The notes: a model not told the origin generated them from the sequence alone. A stretch of DNA of 64,000 bases from Bryobacterales bacterium (GCA_963838455.1 CAWISY010000142.1:21763-85762), one strand, 5' to 3'. Positions 45,971-56,617 are shown, numbered from the stretch's first letter. Program-made: numbers and translations.

Positions 45971-46903
45971 TTACATCTTGGACTTGATCACGTCCACCAG
46001 TTCCTGCACCGCGCCCGCGCTCTTCTTCAACGCCGCGGACTCTTCTTCGGTGAGCTTGATCTCGTAGATGTGCTCGATGCCCTTGGCGCCCAGCTTCACC
46101 GGTACGCCGACGAACAATCCCTTGATGCCGTATTCGCCTTCCAGGTACGCCGAGCAGGGCAGAATCTTTTTCTTGTCCTTGAGAATCGACTCCACCATTT
46201 CCACCGCCGCGGCCGAAGGAGCGTAATAGGCGCTGCCGGTCTTCAGATGCTTCACGATCTCCGCGCCGCCGTTGGCTGTGCGCGTCACGATGGCATCCAG
46301 TTTGTCTTTCGGAATCAGCTCAGTCAACGGAATGCCCGACACGTTGGATAGACGCACCACCGGAACCATCGTGTCGCCGTGCCCGCCCAGCACCACCGCG
46401 GTCACATTCTCCACCGATACATTCAGTTCCGCCGCAATGAACGTGCGGAAGCGGGCCGAATCCAGCACGCCAGCCATGCCGATCACGCGATGCCTGGGGA
46501 ATTTGGAAACTTCGTGTGCGGTCCAGCACATCGCGTCCAGCGGGTTGGTCACCAGCACCAGAATCGCGTGGGGCGAATGCTTGGCGATGTTTTCGGTGAC
46601 GCTCTTGACCACCGCGTAATTGGCCAGCAGCAGGTCGTCGCGGCTCATGCCCGGCTTGCGAGCCAGACCCGCGGTGATCACCACCACGTCCGAATTCGCC
46701 GTCGGCTCATAATCGTTGGCGCCGGTGATCGAGACATCGTAGCCCTCGATCGGCCCCATCTGGAGCATATCCAGCCCCTTACCCTGCGGAACTCCTTCCA
46801 CTACGTCGACGAGAACAACGTCGCCGAGCTCTTTCATGGCGAGGTTGGCAGCGCAGCTCGCGCCGACATGGCCTCCGCCCACAACGGTAATTTTTTTGCG
46901 CAT
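45971..46903 (-). CDS. mdh: malate dehydrogenase (LDH-like family)
   Basis: [18 protein letters not shown]..., [28 protein letters not shown]. Confidence 0.95.
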   Translation of the reverse strand: MRKKITVVGGGHVGASCAANLAMKELGDVVLVDVVEGVPQGKGLDMLQMGPIEGYDVSITGANDYEPTANSDVVVITAGLARKPGMSRDDLLLANYAVVKSVTENIAKHSPHAILVLVTNPLDAMCWTAHEVSKFPRHRVIGMAGVLDSARFRTFIAAELNVSVENVTAVVLGGHGDTMVPVVRLSNVSGIPLTELIPKDKLDAIVTRTANGGAEIVKHLKTGSAYYAPSAAAVEMVESILKDKKKILPCSAYLEGEYGIKGLFVGVPVKLGAKGIEHIYEIKLTEEESAALKKSAGAVQELVDVIKSKM

Positions 46904-46931
46904 AAGTTAACGATTGTAACATCCGGCCTTA

Positions 46932-49900
46932 CTAGAAGACGTACTTCATCGCCAGTTGCATGATCCGCGGCGGACCGGCGCTGGTGATCTGGCCGAACAG
47001 CGGACTGTTCATGGTCAGAATGGGCGCGCCGAGGTTGGTGTGATTCAGCGCATTCTCGGCTTCAATGCGCACCTCCAGCGTCTGTTTCTCGCGCACCGGA
47101 AAGATTCGCGACAAGCCCGCATTGACCAGCAGCATAGCCGGCCCAAGAATCGTGCCCGGACCCGTGTTGCCGTAGGTAAACGGCGTGGGAAACGCGAAGG
47201 CGTTGGGATTGATCCAGTCCGCGGCGGTTCCGTTGCCATAGACGTTCAGCAGCACCTGCTTGGGCCGCTGCCCGCCCACGCCGGAGTAGGCGTTATCCTC
47301 GCCGGTGGTGACCGTATAAAACGCGCCGGATTGCAGCGTCGATGCGGCGCCCAGCCTCCAGCCGCTGACGAGCCGCCGCATCCAGGTGTTCGAAAATTGC
47401 GGCATCGCCGCGATCCCGAACAAATTCGCCATCTGCCGCCGGTCCGTTCCGGAGGTGTTGCAGTTGCCCCGGTCCAATTGCCTTCCCGGGAAAATGTACA
47501 CCTCGCTCCCGCCCGTGCCCGCATTCAACAGCGTGTTGACGGGATCGCTGATGCAGTGCGAATACGTGTAGTTGGCGTTGAACGTCAAACCGCGGCTGAC
47601 GCGCTTCTGCGCCGTCAGCAGCATACCGTTGTAACTGCCGGTTCCGCTGTCGTCCCAGGTGTCGACAAAGCCGAAGTACTTTCCATATGCCGGGTCAAGC
47701 TGGCTGAGCAAGCGCCGCTCATTGGTGGTGGTCAGCAGGCACGTCGCATCGTTGGCAGGGCAGGTTCCCGCGCCGCTGGCCGGATTCAGCTCCCGCGCGC
47801 CCATCAGATGGATCATCTCATTGCCCAGATACCCGGCTCGCAGCAGCCAGTCGTTGCCGAACTGCCGCTCCACGCTCACGTTCCACTGTTCGACGTAGGG
47901 CGGGTGGGTGTCGTAGTTGAAAGTGTTATAGGTTCCATACAGCGAATACGGTGAGCCCGCATTAAACGTCAATGGAAAGGGATTCCCTCCCGTCTCGCCC
48001 GCGAACGGATTCGCCAGCCCGCCCGGAGGATCGGTCAAAGTGGTGCGATCGCCCCAGGGCGGCGCGGTGGTGGTGTTGAGGTTGTACTGCACCGGAACGT
48101 TGTCGTAGAAGATGCCGTAAGCCGCCCGCACCGACATTTTCCCGTTCCCTTTCGGATCCCACACAATCCCGATGCGCGGCGCGAACTGGTTCCATTGCCG
48201 GTCCATACCCCGGTCGCCCGGAAATCCCGGATCGCCGGGATAAAACAACCCCGGTGGGGCGTTGGCGAACTGCTGGGTGTGGGTCCCGTTCAGAAACGAC
48301 GGCAGATCGAAATGATAGATCTGGCCGTTGACGATGCTCATGGGAATGAACGGCTCCCACCGCAACCCATAGGTCACCGTGATTCCCGGCCGCAGCTTCC
48401 ATGTGTCTTGCGCGTAGGTGCTGACGTACCAGTCGTGCACCAACAGCGTGTTGGGCGCGGCCTCCGTCAGGCTGGAGAGGTTGCCGGTGAAGAAATCGGC
48501 CAGCGCGAATCCCGTGTATCCTTGGCCGGTGAAAGAGAGCTGCCCCATGGAAAGCGTGTTGGCGTACGTGTTCGAGTCCCAGTGGGAGATGTTGGCGCCG
48601 AACGCCATCTGGTGATTGCCAAGGACGATTCCGAAATCATCGCTGGTCTGCAGCGTGGTGGTGCGGTAGGTAGCTGCGCTGGCCGTGGGCGACCCGATCG
48701 AAAAATACGGAGCGGGCAGCGACAGGCTGGTGAAATTCGGAAGATAGCTGTAGATGTTAATCCCCACCGATTGCGGCCCGAGGAACGACGGAGCTGTGCG
48801 CGCGATCGCCGTGCGATCCACCGTGGCGCGGAAGTTGTTCACAATCGAGCCGCGAATCAAATACGTCTCGCCGAGCGTGAAGGATTGATCGAAGTCGTTG
48901 TATCCGGCGGCCGAGGTCGCCAGCAGATTGTGGCTCAAATTGTACGGCGCCGGCTCTTCGTCCTGCGTGCCCAGATAGCGCGCAAACAGCGTGTGCACCT
49001 TGCTCAGCGCGTAATCGATCCTGCTCATGCCAAAGTGTTCATCGTCCTGCGTCGGCAGCCCGTATGTCGTCTCCCCGCACTGCTGATCCTGCGGCACTGG
49101 GAGTTTGGCCGCGATCGCCAACGCGATCGGCGAAAGCTGCGTCAGCGGAATCATGTTTCCCGGGAACGGAGCCAGTTCCGGCGCCGTCAGCGGATTCTTC
49201 AGCGTGATCGCCGCCGCCTGACACGTCTTCGACGTAACCACGCTGAAATTGCCCGCCTCTTCCTGCGCCGTAGGAACGTAGGAGATGGTCGCGTTAGGGC
49301 TCTGCCGCGTGTCGGTCTGCTGGTACGCCGCAAAAAAGAACAGAGTGTTCTTGCGAACAGGTCCGCCCAGAATTCCTCCGAACTGATTCCGCTTCAGCGA
49401 ATCCAGAGTGGTCGAAAAAACCTGGCGGGCATCCAAGTGGAAGTTGCGGAAGAATTCGAAAGCGGCTCCGTGCCATTCATTGCCGCCGGATTTGGTCACG
49501 GCGTTTACCGCCGCGGCCGAATGCATCCCGTACTCCGCCTGCAGCGCACCCATCTCCACCTTGAACTCCTGCATCGCGTCGGGAAACGGCAGCGGGAGAC
49601 TGGCGTTGGTGTAAACGTCGGTGTACATCGAGCCATCCAAAAGATACGTGGTTCCGGTGGCAAGCCCCCCGGCGACTGAATACGACTCGATGTTGGGATA
49701 GTTGCGGCTGGAGATCTGGTTCGGATCGCTCCCCGACGGCGCCGCGCCCGCCAATCCGATCAAATCCGCCACATCGCGCCCGATCAGCGGCAGGTCCACG
49801 ATGTTCTGATGATCGATCACCGTGCCCACGCCGGAGTTCTGCGTTTCCACCATGGAGGTGTTTCCTTCCACCTCCACCGTGTCGGTGGGCTGGCCCACAT

Positions 49901-50222
49901 CGAGAAAAACTTCAATGGTGGGATTGGTGGCCACTTGCAGCGTGATGCCGGTTTGCAGATAGTCGGCAAAACCCTGCTTGGTCACTTCCAATTGATACGG
50001 ACCGGCCGGCAGGTTGGTCAACAAATACGCGCCCTGCGTATCGGTGGTGGTGGAGCGCACCGCGCCGGTTGCCGTCTGCGTCAGCTTCACGGCCGCGGTC
50101 GGCACCGGCAATCCTCCTTGATCGACCACGGTCCCCTTGATCTGGGAGTTGGAAACCGCCTGGGGCCACACCTCGCCGCCACCGATCAAGAAAACCAAAA
50201 CCGCCCATCGCAAGCGTCTCAA
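46932..50222 (-). CDS. TonB-dependent receptor-like outer-membrane protein with CarboxypepD_reg N-terminal domain
   Basis: 1096 aa. IKGTVVDQGGLPVPTAAVKLT...YLLTNLPAGPYQLEV, a plug region, a long beta-barrel and the terminal ...MKYVF. Confidence 0.85.
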   Translation of the reverse strand: MRRLRWAVLVFLIGGGEVWPQAVSNSQIKGTVVDQGGLPVPTAAVKLTQTATGAVRSTTTDTQGAYLLTNLPAGPYQLEVTKQGFADYLQTGITLQVATNPTIEVFLDVGQPTDTVEVEGNTSMVETQNSGVGTVIDHQNIVDLPLIGRDVADLIGLAGAAPSGSDPNQISSRNYPNIESYSVAGGLATGTTYLLDGSMYTDVYTNASLPLPFPDAMQEFKVEMGALQAEYGMHSAAAVNAVTKSGGNEWHGAAFEFFRNFHLDARQVFSTTLDSLKRNQFGGILGGPVRKNTLFFFAAYQQTDTRQSPNATISYVPTAQEEAGNFSVVTSKTCQAAAITLKNPLTAPELAPFPGNMIPLTQLSPIALAIAAKLPVPQDQQCGETTYGLPTQDDEHFGMSRIDYALSKVHTLFARYLGTQDEEPAPYNLSHNLLATSAAGYNDFDQSFTLGETYLIRGSIVNNFRATVDRTAIARTAPSFLGPQSVGINIYSYLPNFTSLSLPAPYFSIGSPTASAATYRTTTLQTSDDFGIVLGNHQMAFGANISHWDSNTYANTLSMGQLSFTGQGYTGFALADFFTGNLSSLTEAAPNTLLVHDWYVSTYAQDTWKLRPGITVTYGLRWEPFIPMSIVNGQIYHFDLPSFLNGTHTQQFANAPPGLFYPGDPGFPGDRGMDRQWNQFAPRIGIVWDPKGNGKMSVRAAYGIFYDNVPVQYNLNTTTAPPWGDRTTLTDPPGGLANPFAGETGGNPFPLTFNAGSPYSLYGTYNTFNYDTHPPYVEQWNVSVERQFGNDWLLRAGYLGNEMIHLMGARELNPASGAGTCPANDATCLLTTTNERRLLSQLDPAYGKYFGFVDTWDDSGTGSYNGMLLTAQKRVSRGLTFNANYTYSHCISDPVNTLLNAGTGGSEVYIFPGRQLDRGNCNTSGTDRRQMANLFGIAAMPQFSNTWMRRLVSGWRLGAASTLQSGAFYTVTTGEDNAYSGVGGQRPKQVLLNVYGNGTAADWINPNAFAFPTPFTYGNTGPGTILGPAMLLVNAGLSRIFPVREKQTLEVRIEAENALNHTNLGAPILTMNSPLFGQITSAGPPRIMQLAMKYVF

Positions 50223-50282
50223 CGCGGAAACCTCATGCTCTTACCATAAAATGTATACTGATTCCTGCGCTCGGCCTGAACC

Positions 50283-51659
50283 ATGGCAACTCCCCCTCGA
50301 TTGGACGTCGCTCAATTTATCGACGAGCGCAAGCTCAGCGCGTTTCAGATAGGTCTCTTTATTCTTTGCGGCGTCTGCCTCATGCTCGACGGATTCGACG
50401 TCCAGGCAATGGGCTACGCCGGCCCGGCCATCAAGCCCGAATGGCACATCTCCGATCCGGCCTTCGGCCGCCTGCTCAGCGCGGCGCTCAAGGGCGTACT
50501 GGTCGGCTCGCTGGTGCTGAGCTACCTGGCGGATAAGATCGGCCGGCGCCCGATCCTGATCGGGTCCTGTTTCTTCTTCTCCCTCACCACCATAGCAACC
50601 GCGCGCGCCTCCTCGCTCGACCAGTTGATGGTCATCCGCTTCATCGCCGGCATCGGGCTGGGAGCGATCATGCCCAACTCCATGGCGCTGGTTAGCGAGT
50701 ATACGCCCAAGCGCCTGCGCGTGATCACCATGATGATCGTCTCCAACGGTTTCACCATCGGCGCGGCGCTGGGAGGCATCTTAGCCAGTTGGATGATTCC
50801 GCATTTCGGCTGGCGATCCATCTTCTACTTCGGCGGCGCGCTTCCTCTGGCCGGCGGATTGGCGATGCTGGTTCTGCTGCCCGAATCGCTGCAATTTCTG
50901 GTGCTGCGCGGGAAACCTGCCGATCGCGTGACCGCCTGGTTGAAGCGCATGGATCCCTCCGCCGCACTTCATCCAGCAGCCGAGTATTTCGTGCCGGAGC
51001 AGCCTCAGCCCGGCTTCCGCTTCTGGCAACTGTTCCAGCAGGGCCGCGCCATGGGGACCGTCCTTATCTGGCTCACCTACTTCATGAACCTGCTGAACCT
51101 TTACTTCCTGCAGGGCTGGCTGCCGACCATCGCCAAATCCGCCGGATTCTCGACTTCCACCGCGGTGCTGATCGGATCGATGAACCAGGTTGGCGGGGTG
51201 GTGGGAGCCTTCGCCCTGGGGTGGTTCGTGCGCCGAGCCGGATTCGCGCCGGTGCTCGCTGTCAGCTTCGCCATCGCGTGCCTGAGCATTGCCTGCATCG
51301 GCCAGCCCGGCCTTCCGGCCTCGCTACTGTTCCTGGTGACGTTCATTGCCGGTTTCGGTGTAACCGGAGGACAGGCCGGCGTGAACGCGATGACCGGGAC
51401 CTACTATCCCACCGATCTGCGCTCCACCGGGCTCGGCGCGGGCTTGGGGATCGGACGCATCGGGTCCATCGTCGGCCCGCAGTTAGCCGGGGATCTGCTC
51501 GGCCGCCACTGGTCGGCGGAGCAGTTGTTCTACGCCGCCGCGGGTCCCGCGCTGGCTTCCGCGCTGATCATGATCGCGATGCACTGGGTCCTGAAGCCGG
51601 CGGCGGGGTCGTCCAAACCCGCTGCTGAACCGCAGTTCGTTTCTGAGCCGCGCCCGTAG
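50283..51659 (+). CDS. MFS transporter (aromatic acid:H+ symporter-like)
   Basis: LDGFDVQAMGYAGPAI and 12 TM helices; layout resembles the PcaK/BenK group. Confidence 0.8.
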   Translation: MATPPRLDVAQFIDERKLSAFQIGLFILCGVCLMLDGFDVQAMGYAGPAIKPEWHISDPAFGRLLSAALKGVLVGSLVLSYLADKIGRRPILIGSCFFFSLTTIATARASSLDQLMVIRFIAGIGLGAIMPNSMALVSEYTPKRLRVITMMIVSNGFTIGAALGGILASWMIPHFGWRSIFYFGGALPLAGGLAMLVLLPESLQFLVLRGKPADRVTAWLKRMDPSAALHPAAEYFVPEQPQPGFRFWQLFQQGRAMGTVLIWLTYFMNLLNLYFLQGWLPTIAKSAGFSTSTAVLIGSMNQVGGVVGAFALGWFVRRAGFAPVLAVSFAIACLSIACIGQPGLPASLLFLVTFIAGFGVTGGQAGVNAMTGTYYPTDLRSTGLGAGLGIGRIGSIVGPQLAGDLLGRHWSAEQLFYAAAGPALASALIMIAMHWVLKPAAGSSKPAAEPQFVSEPRP

Positions 51660-51667
51660 CAGGCGGT

Positions 51668-52312
51668 CTACTTGCGAGCGTCCGTGCTCAGCGCCAGCAC
51701 CTCAACGCCCTTGTCTTTGCGAGCCCGCAGTCCCAGGTAATCGGCCAACACATTTCCCAGGAACATCGGGATGCCCCGGTCCGTAGCCCCAAACGAGAAG
51801 CCCGCAACCCAGGCGCTATTTTCGGTCGAGATCTCACGCTCATACAGTGGTGTGCCGGTCTTGCCATCCAGCACGCTCACGACGTAAGTGACGTGGGACG
51901 ATCCCGCAATCGCCCCGACCAGAACCCGCGAAGTAGTGCCCACCATGCGGTAGTCCTTCAGGGTGCACTTCACCAGGAAGTAAGGATCTCCGGGCTCTAC
52001 GCCGCCCTGCTTTCCCACCGCGGCAAACGCCAGGGTGCTCTTGAGCCGCGCCACGGCCTGATCCAGTATGGCGTCCGTCGCCTTTCTGGCCTTCGCTTCC
52101 GACGCCTTGGGAATGACGAAACTCTCGAACACCACCGATCTCACCGCCAGATCCGACGCACTCACTGCCGGCGGCATCTCATTTTCGGCCGTCGCGTAAG
52201 GATCCCTCGGATTGGCTGGGGTCGAGCCTTTCGTCGAGTCTTTCTTGGCTGCCGTGAGCGCAAACGGGAGCGCGCCGAGCGTCAGCAGAACTGCGGCCGT
52301 GCGGATTTTCAT
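51668..52312 (-). CDS. hypothetical secreted/lipoprotein
   Basis: Signal peptide MKIRTAAVLLTLGALPFALTA. No motif recognised. Confidence 0.55.
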   Translation of the reverse strand: MKIRTAAVLLTLGALPFALTAAKKDSTKGSTPANPRDPYATAENEMPPAVSASDLAVRSVVFESFVIPKASEAKARKATDAILDQAVARLKSTLAFAAVGKQGGVEPGDPYFLVKCTLKDYRMVGTTSRVLVGAIAGSSHVTYVVSVLDGKTGTPLYEREISTENSAWVAGFSFGATDRGIPMFLGNVLADYLGLRARKDKGVEVLALSTDARK

Positions 52313-52353
52313 TCTGGCCTCCTCCTGAATTCCTTCGAGTATACAGCGGGTGT

Positions 52354-53289
52354 ATGCTTTTGTTGATGAGATGCCTTGCCGCTCTCGTTCTGTTCGGCTG
52401 TTCTGTCTGCGCCCAGCCGCGATTCGAAGTCGCCTCCGTGAAACCCGCCGCGCCGGACGCCCCTCCCGGCTCGATGAATGGCGGACCGCTTGGGCCAGGC
52501 CCCTTCAATCAAGGCGAACACAATCCCGACCGCATCCGCTGGACCAACGTTCGCCTCATTCGCGCCATTCAGGTCGCCTACGATTTTCCCGCCGCCGATA
52601 TCTCTGGGCCGGATTGGCTCGATTCGCAAGGGTACGACATCGTGGCTGCCGTCCCCGCGGGCACAAGCGAGCACGACTTCCGCCTGATGCTCCAGAACCT
52701 GCTGGCCGAGCGCTTCGGGCTCACCGTCCATCGCGGAACCCGGCAGGTCTCCGGATTCGCGCTCGAAGTAGCCAAGGGCGGACCGAAGCTCACTCCTTCG
52801 AGGGACCCCACTGCACTGGCCACGGCAGTGGCGGCTACTGCTATAGACGCGGATTCGAAGCCGAGCCCCAGTCGCGAACAGGCGCTCCAGTATATGGCCA
52901 CGCGCCCCGCGGCCTTCAACGCGATGGTCTCGATCGATGAGAACGGCTACCCCATGCCTCGCCCCGGAAGCCCCACCTTCCTTCCCGGAGCCGGCTTCTC
53001 CGTCACCATCGTGGTGAACGGCAGAAATCGCTCGAGCGCGCTGAATATGCCGATGCCGGAGATCGCGAGGTTCCTGGGCAATCTCGCCGGCGGACCCGCC
53101 GAAGACCACACCGGCTTGAGCGGGAAGTACGATTTGCATCTCGAATACGTCGCCGACCCCGCCGCCGATCCCGGCCCAACCGTCGCCGACGCTGTCCAGC
53201 AGCAGCTCGGGCTGAAATTGGTTTCGCAGAAAATCCCGGTGACGACGCTCTTCATCGACCATGTGGAGAAGACGCCCGCCGGCAACTGA
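52354..53289 (+). CDS. TIGR03435-like (Solibacter-type) secreted protein
   Basis: AQPRFEVASVKP...NVRLIRAIQVAYDF...LLAERFGLTVHR...QQQLGLKLVSQKIPVTTLFIDHVEKTP matches my memory of that family. Confidence 0.75.
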   Translation: MLLLMRCLAALVLFGCSVCAQPRFEVASVKPAAPDAPPGSMNGGPLGPGPFNQGEHNPDRIRWTNVRLIRAIQVAYDFPAADISGPDWLDSQGYDIVAAVPAGTSEHDFRLMLQNLLAERFGLTVHRGTRQVSGFALEVAKGGPKLTPSRDPTALATAVAATAIDADSKPSPSREQALQYMATRPAAFNAMVSIDENGYPMPRPGSPTFLPGAGFSVTIVVNGRNRSSALNMPMPEIARFLGNLAGGPAEDHTGLSGKYDLHLEYVADPAADPGPTVADAVQQQLGLKLVSQKIPVTTLFIDHVEKTPAGN

Positions 53290-53392
53290 TTCCACGGCGC
53301 CCCATTATCGGCGTCCGAATGTTCGCTAGCCCCAACTGTCCAGCACGGCGAAACGCGACGCATCGACCCGGTAGGAACCACCTATTTGGGCA

Positions 53393-53803
53393 TTACCTTG
53401 GGAGGTGTATTGAAATCGCCCACACGAGGACGGCCACGGCGAGCACCGCTGCCCACAAACCCAAACGTACCCATCGGGCCTTTTCTTCTTTAGAACGTCC
53501 CATGCTGATCTTTGGCGACGGTGGGGAGAAGTTTGTTCCACCCAGATGTGGCCTTCCGTTCCTCAGTTCACCGATCACTTCGTTGCCAAGAAGGACATAG
53601 AAGAACCCGACCAGCCAAATGGCCGCGAAGCACGAAGCCGCCACGAGGTAGTCATATTTGCCAAACCAGCCTTTGCCAGCTGCATAGAGAAATATCGGAG
53701 CAGAGGTTATCGCGACGCCTCGGAGTGATGCGACCAACCGGAAGAGGGGCGAATGAGTTCGTTTCACCCACTTGGAGTCGATTTCGATGCTCACGGTGCT
53801 CAT
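53393..53803 (-). CDS. hypothetical membrane protein
   Basis: 136 aa with 3-4 hydrophobic helices. Confidence 0.5.
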   Translation of the reverse strand: MSTVSIEIDSKWVKRTHSPLFRLVASLRGVAITSAPIFLYAAGKGWFGKYDYLVAASCFAAIWLVGFFYVLLGNEVIGELRNGRPHLGGTNFSPPSPKISMGRSKEEKARWVRLGLWAAVLAVAVLVWAISIHLPR

Positions 53804-53956
53804 TTGGACGCTATCTTAACAGTTAGTCCGTTTACCTCGCAGCTGCTTGGGTACGTCTCTTCCGGCGTCTCACAAGGGGTCTCTTTTCCATTGTGAGTTT
53901 CGACGCAGCGGCGTGTCCGCGCCATGCTGCGGCTCAGGCGCTTAGAATAGAGTCGA

Positions 53957-55327
53957 ATGAACCGGCGCGAGTTTCTTGGCTCCCTCGGCGCGGCTGCGGT
54001 CGCCTCTTCGGCCGCGAACGCCCAGAACGCCTGCCCCGCCGATTCCTCCAAACCCGATTACACGCTGCGCATCGGGCCGGTCTCGGTCGAACTCGCGCCC
54101 AAGCGCATCGTCAAAACCATCGGTTATAACGGCACTTCGCCCGGCCCGCTGCTGCGATTGAAGGAAGGACGCCCGGTCACCATCGACGTCTTCAACGACT
54201 CCGGCAACGAGGAGCTGGTCCACTGGCACGGCCTGCACATTCCTTCGCTGGTGGACGGCGCCATGGAAGAGGGCACGCCGATGATCCCGCCCAAGGCCTG
54301 CCGGCGCTATACTTTCACGCCCAGCCCCCGCGGCACCAACTGGTATCACACCCACGGCACCGCCCTCCGCAACCTCAACCGCGCCACCTACACCGGCCAA
54401 TTCGGATTCCTCTACATCGAGCCTCGCGATTCCGGAGCGTCTTCCCAACCAGGCTACGATCAGGAATTTTTCCTGGCTCTGCGTGACTGGGATCCGTACA
54501 TGAGCGGCGGCGACGAGGGCCTCGAGGTCGCCTACAAATACGCATCGATCAACGGCCACTCCCTCGGCGCGGGCGAGCCCCTTCGAGTCAACTCGGGCCA
54601 GCGTGTGATGCTGCGCATCCTCAATGCCAGCCCGACCCTCCACCATCGCATCGGCTTCGCCGGCCACCAGTTCCAGATTGTCGCCCTCGACGGCAATGCT
54701 GTTGCCTCGCCCAAGACGGTCGAGGCGCTCGAGCTGGGTCCGGCGGAGCGCATCGACGCCATCGTGGAGATGAATAATCCCGGCATCTGGGTCCTGGGCT
54801 CCGATAGCGATCGCGACCGGCAGGCCGGGCTCGGTGTGGTTGTCGAATACGCCGGGCAAACCGGCGCTCCGCGCTGGATGCGTCCCCAAGGCCAGTGGGA
54901 TTACACCGTCTTCGGCGCCTCGCCGATCGCACCCCTCCCCGACGCTTCTCAAGAGGACGTCGAGCGCGTCCCGCTGGTGTTCGAGAAAAAATTCGCGGGC
55001 AGCCGCTGGGTGGATAACTGGACCATCAACGGCAAGGGCTTCCCCAAGACCGATCCGATTCTGGTCAAAGCCGGCAACCGCTACCGCCTGGTTTTCGACA
55101 ACCGCAGCGATGAAGCGCACCCGGTGCATCTGCACCGCCATACCTTCGAGTTGCGCCGCATGGCCGGCGTGCCGACATCAGGTGTTTTCAAAGACGTTGT
55201 CGTGGTCCCCATGAAGAGCCAGGTGGAAGTCGACGTGGTCGCCGATAATCCCGGCCTCACGCTGTTCCATTGTCATCAGCAGATGCACATGGACTACGGC
55301 TTCATGACGCTGATGAAGTACGTCTAA
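53957..55327 (+). CDS. multicopper oxidase, Tat-exported
   Basis: MNRREFLGSLGAAAV. Copper motifs HWHGLH, WYHTHG, HPVHLHRH and HCHQQMHMDYGFM. Confidence 0.9.
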   Translation: MNRREFLGSLGAAAVASSAANAQNACPADSSKPDYTLRIGPVSVELAPKRIVKTIGYNGTSPGPLLRLKEGRPVTIDVFNDSGNEELVHWHGLHIPSLVDGAMEEGTPMIPPKACRRYTFTPSPRGTNWYHTHGTALRNLNRATYTGQFGFLYIEPRDSGASSQPGYDQEFFLALRDWDPYMSGGDEGLEVAYKYASINGHSLGAGEPLRVNSGQRVMLRILNASPTLHHRIGFAGHQFQIVALDGNAVASPKTVEALELGPAERIDAIVEMNNPGIWVLGSDSDRDRQAGLGVVVEYAGQTGAPRWMRPQGQWDYTVFGASPIAPLPDASQEDVERVPLVFEKKFAGSRWVDNWTINGKGFPKTDPILVKAGNRYRLVFDNRSDEAHPVHLHRHTFELRRMAGVPTSGVFKDVVVVPMKSQVEVDVVADNPGLTLFHCHQQMHMDYGFMTLMKYV

Positions 55328-55338
55328 GGGCGGTGCCC

Positions 55339-55561
55339 CTATTGCGGAGGCAGTCTTCTCAAGTAAGCCTGCCACTCCTTGATGAGGTCCCGGATCTGGC
55401 GGTCGTGGACAGCAGCGTTTTTCGGCCAGTGTGGCTAGGGTCGAAGACAGGGCCCTGATGGTTTCTTGCTCGGCTTGAAAGGCACGGATCAAGCCGTCGA
55501 TCTGGCGATCGTGCTCCTTTACGGATTCGCGAATTTCTTCGATCACTTGTCCGAGGGCCAT
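55339..55561 (-). pseudogene. small coiled-coil protein, apparent frameshift at a homopolymer
   Basis: ATG 55561 gives MALGQVIEEIRESVKEHDRQIDGLIRAFQAEQETIRALSSTLATLAE. The +1 frame then gives NAAVHDRQIRDLIKEWQAYLRRLPPQ with a stop at 55339-55341, clear of the oxidase gene. The switch is at the T5 run 55418-55422. Confidence 0.35.
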
Positions 55562-55600
55562 GCCGGTTACGCTATCAGTGTAGCCGGCTGGGCAATGTTC

Positions 55601-56524
55601 TCAGTGACCCTCGGCTTCTAAGAACCGCTCGGCTTCGATCGCCGCCATACAGCCCGCGCCGGCCGCGGTGATGGCTTGACGATAGACTCGGTCTTGCACA
55701 TCGCCGGCGTGGAACACTCCCTCGACGTTGGTTCGCGCTCCGCCTTTCGAAAGGATGTAGCCGTCTTCGTCCAAGTCGATTTGGCCTACAAAGGGTTTGG
55801 TGTTGGGGATGTGGCCGATGGCCAGAAAGAATCCGTCCACGCTCTCTTCCCAAGTGCGGCCGGTCTGCGTATCGCGCAGCTTCACTCCGGTGACCTTGTT
55901 CGTGGAGCTATCGTAAATATCGTCGACCGCCGTATTCGGCAGGAACCGGATCTTGGGGTTGGCGCGGGCGCGGTCCAGCATGATCTTGGAGGCGCGAAAG
56001 ACATCGCGGCGGTGCACCAGTGTCACCTCGGAGCCGAAGCGCGTCAGGAAATTCGCCTCCTCCATGGCCGAATCGCCGCCGCCCACCACCATGATCTTGC
56101 ACTGTTTGTAAAACGGCCCGTCGCAAGTCGCACAGGAACTGACGCCGCGCCCGATCAGCTTCTGTTCATTCGGCAAGCCCAGCCAGCGCGCCGAGGCGCC
56201 GGTGGCGATAATCAGCGTCCGCGTCTCTTCCCAGGTGCCGTCGATGTTGATCCGAAACGGCCGCTTGGATAAATCCGCTTCCTGCACGGTGCCCCAGGTA
56301 TACTCGGCCCCAAACCGCTCGGCCTGCTTCTTGATGTTCTCCACCAGGTCGGGCCCCATGACGCCTTCCGGAAATCCAGGGAAATTTTCGACCTCCGTGG
56401 TAATCGAAAGCTGCCCGCCGGGCTCATGCCCGATCACGACCAGCGGGTTGAGCCCCGCCCGCGCCGTGTACACCGCCGCGGTATTGCCCGCGCACCCCGA
56501 GCCCAAAATAATTACGTTTCGCAC
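55601..56524 (-). CDS. trxB: thioredoxin-disulfide reductase
   Basis: VIILGSGCAGNTAA, redox-active CATCDG, VVGGGDSAMEEA, HRRDVFRAS. Confidence 0.95.
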   Translation of the reverse strand: MRNVIILGSGCAGNTAAVYTARAGLNPLVVIGHEPGGQLSITTEVENFPGFPEGVMGPDLVENIKKQAERFGAEYTWGTVQEADLSKRPFRINIDGTWEETRTLIIATGASARWLGLPNEQKLIGRGVSSCATCDGPFYKQCKIMVVGGGDSAMEEANFLTRFGSEVTLVHRRDVFRASKIMLDRARANPKIRFLPNTAVDDIYDSSTNKVTGVKLRDTQTGRTWEESVDGFFLAIGHIPNTKPFVGQIDLDEDGYILSKGGARTNVEGVFHAGDVQDRVYRQAITAAGAGCMAAIEAERFLEAEGH

Positions 56525-56617
56525 AGTTTTCTATGTTACCAGGGACCCTGTAAGCTTTGATGCTCCGCGGTTGCCTTTCGACGCAACACCGCGTATCGTA
56601 AGGCTAGGGTTAGGCCT

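Noticed and set aside
43700-46000. Possible low-GC island signature around the TIR/ATPase pair
   Set aside because: Hand counts of single 60-nt lines gave 53-60% inside the ATPase gene, but 67% in the TIR gene and 53% in the adjacent housekeeping mdh. This is not a usable signal without a proper sliding-window calculation.
48195-49679. 494-aa ORF antisense to the TonB-dependent receptor gene; the same applies to 53942-55141 (antisense to the multicopper oxidase) and 21536-23335 (antisense to the NHL gene)
   Set aside because: High-GC shadow ORFs. The sense-strand genes have clear family signatures.
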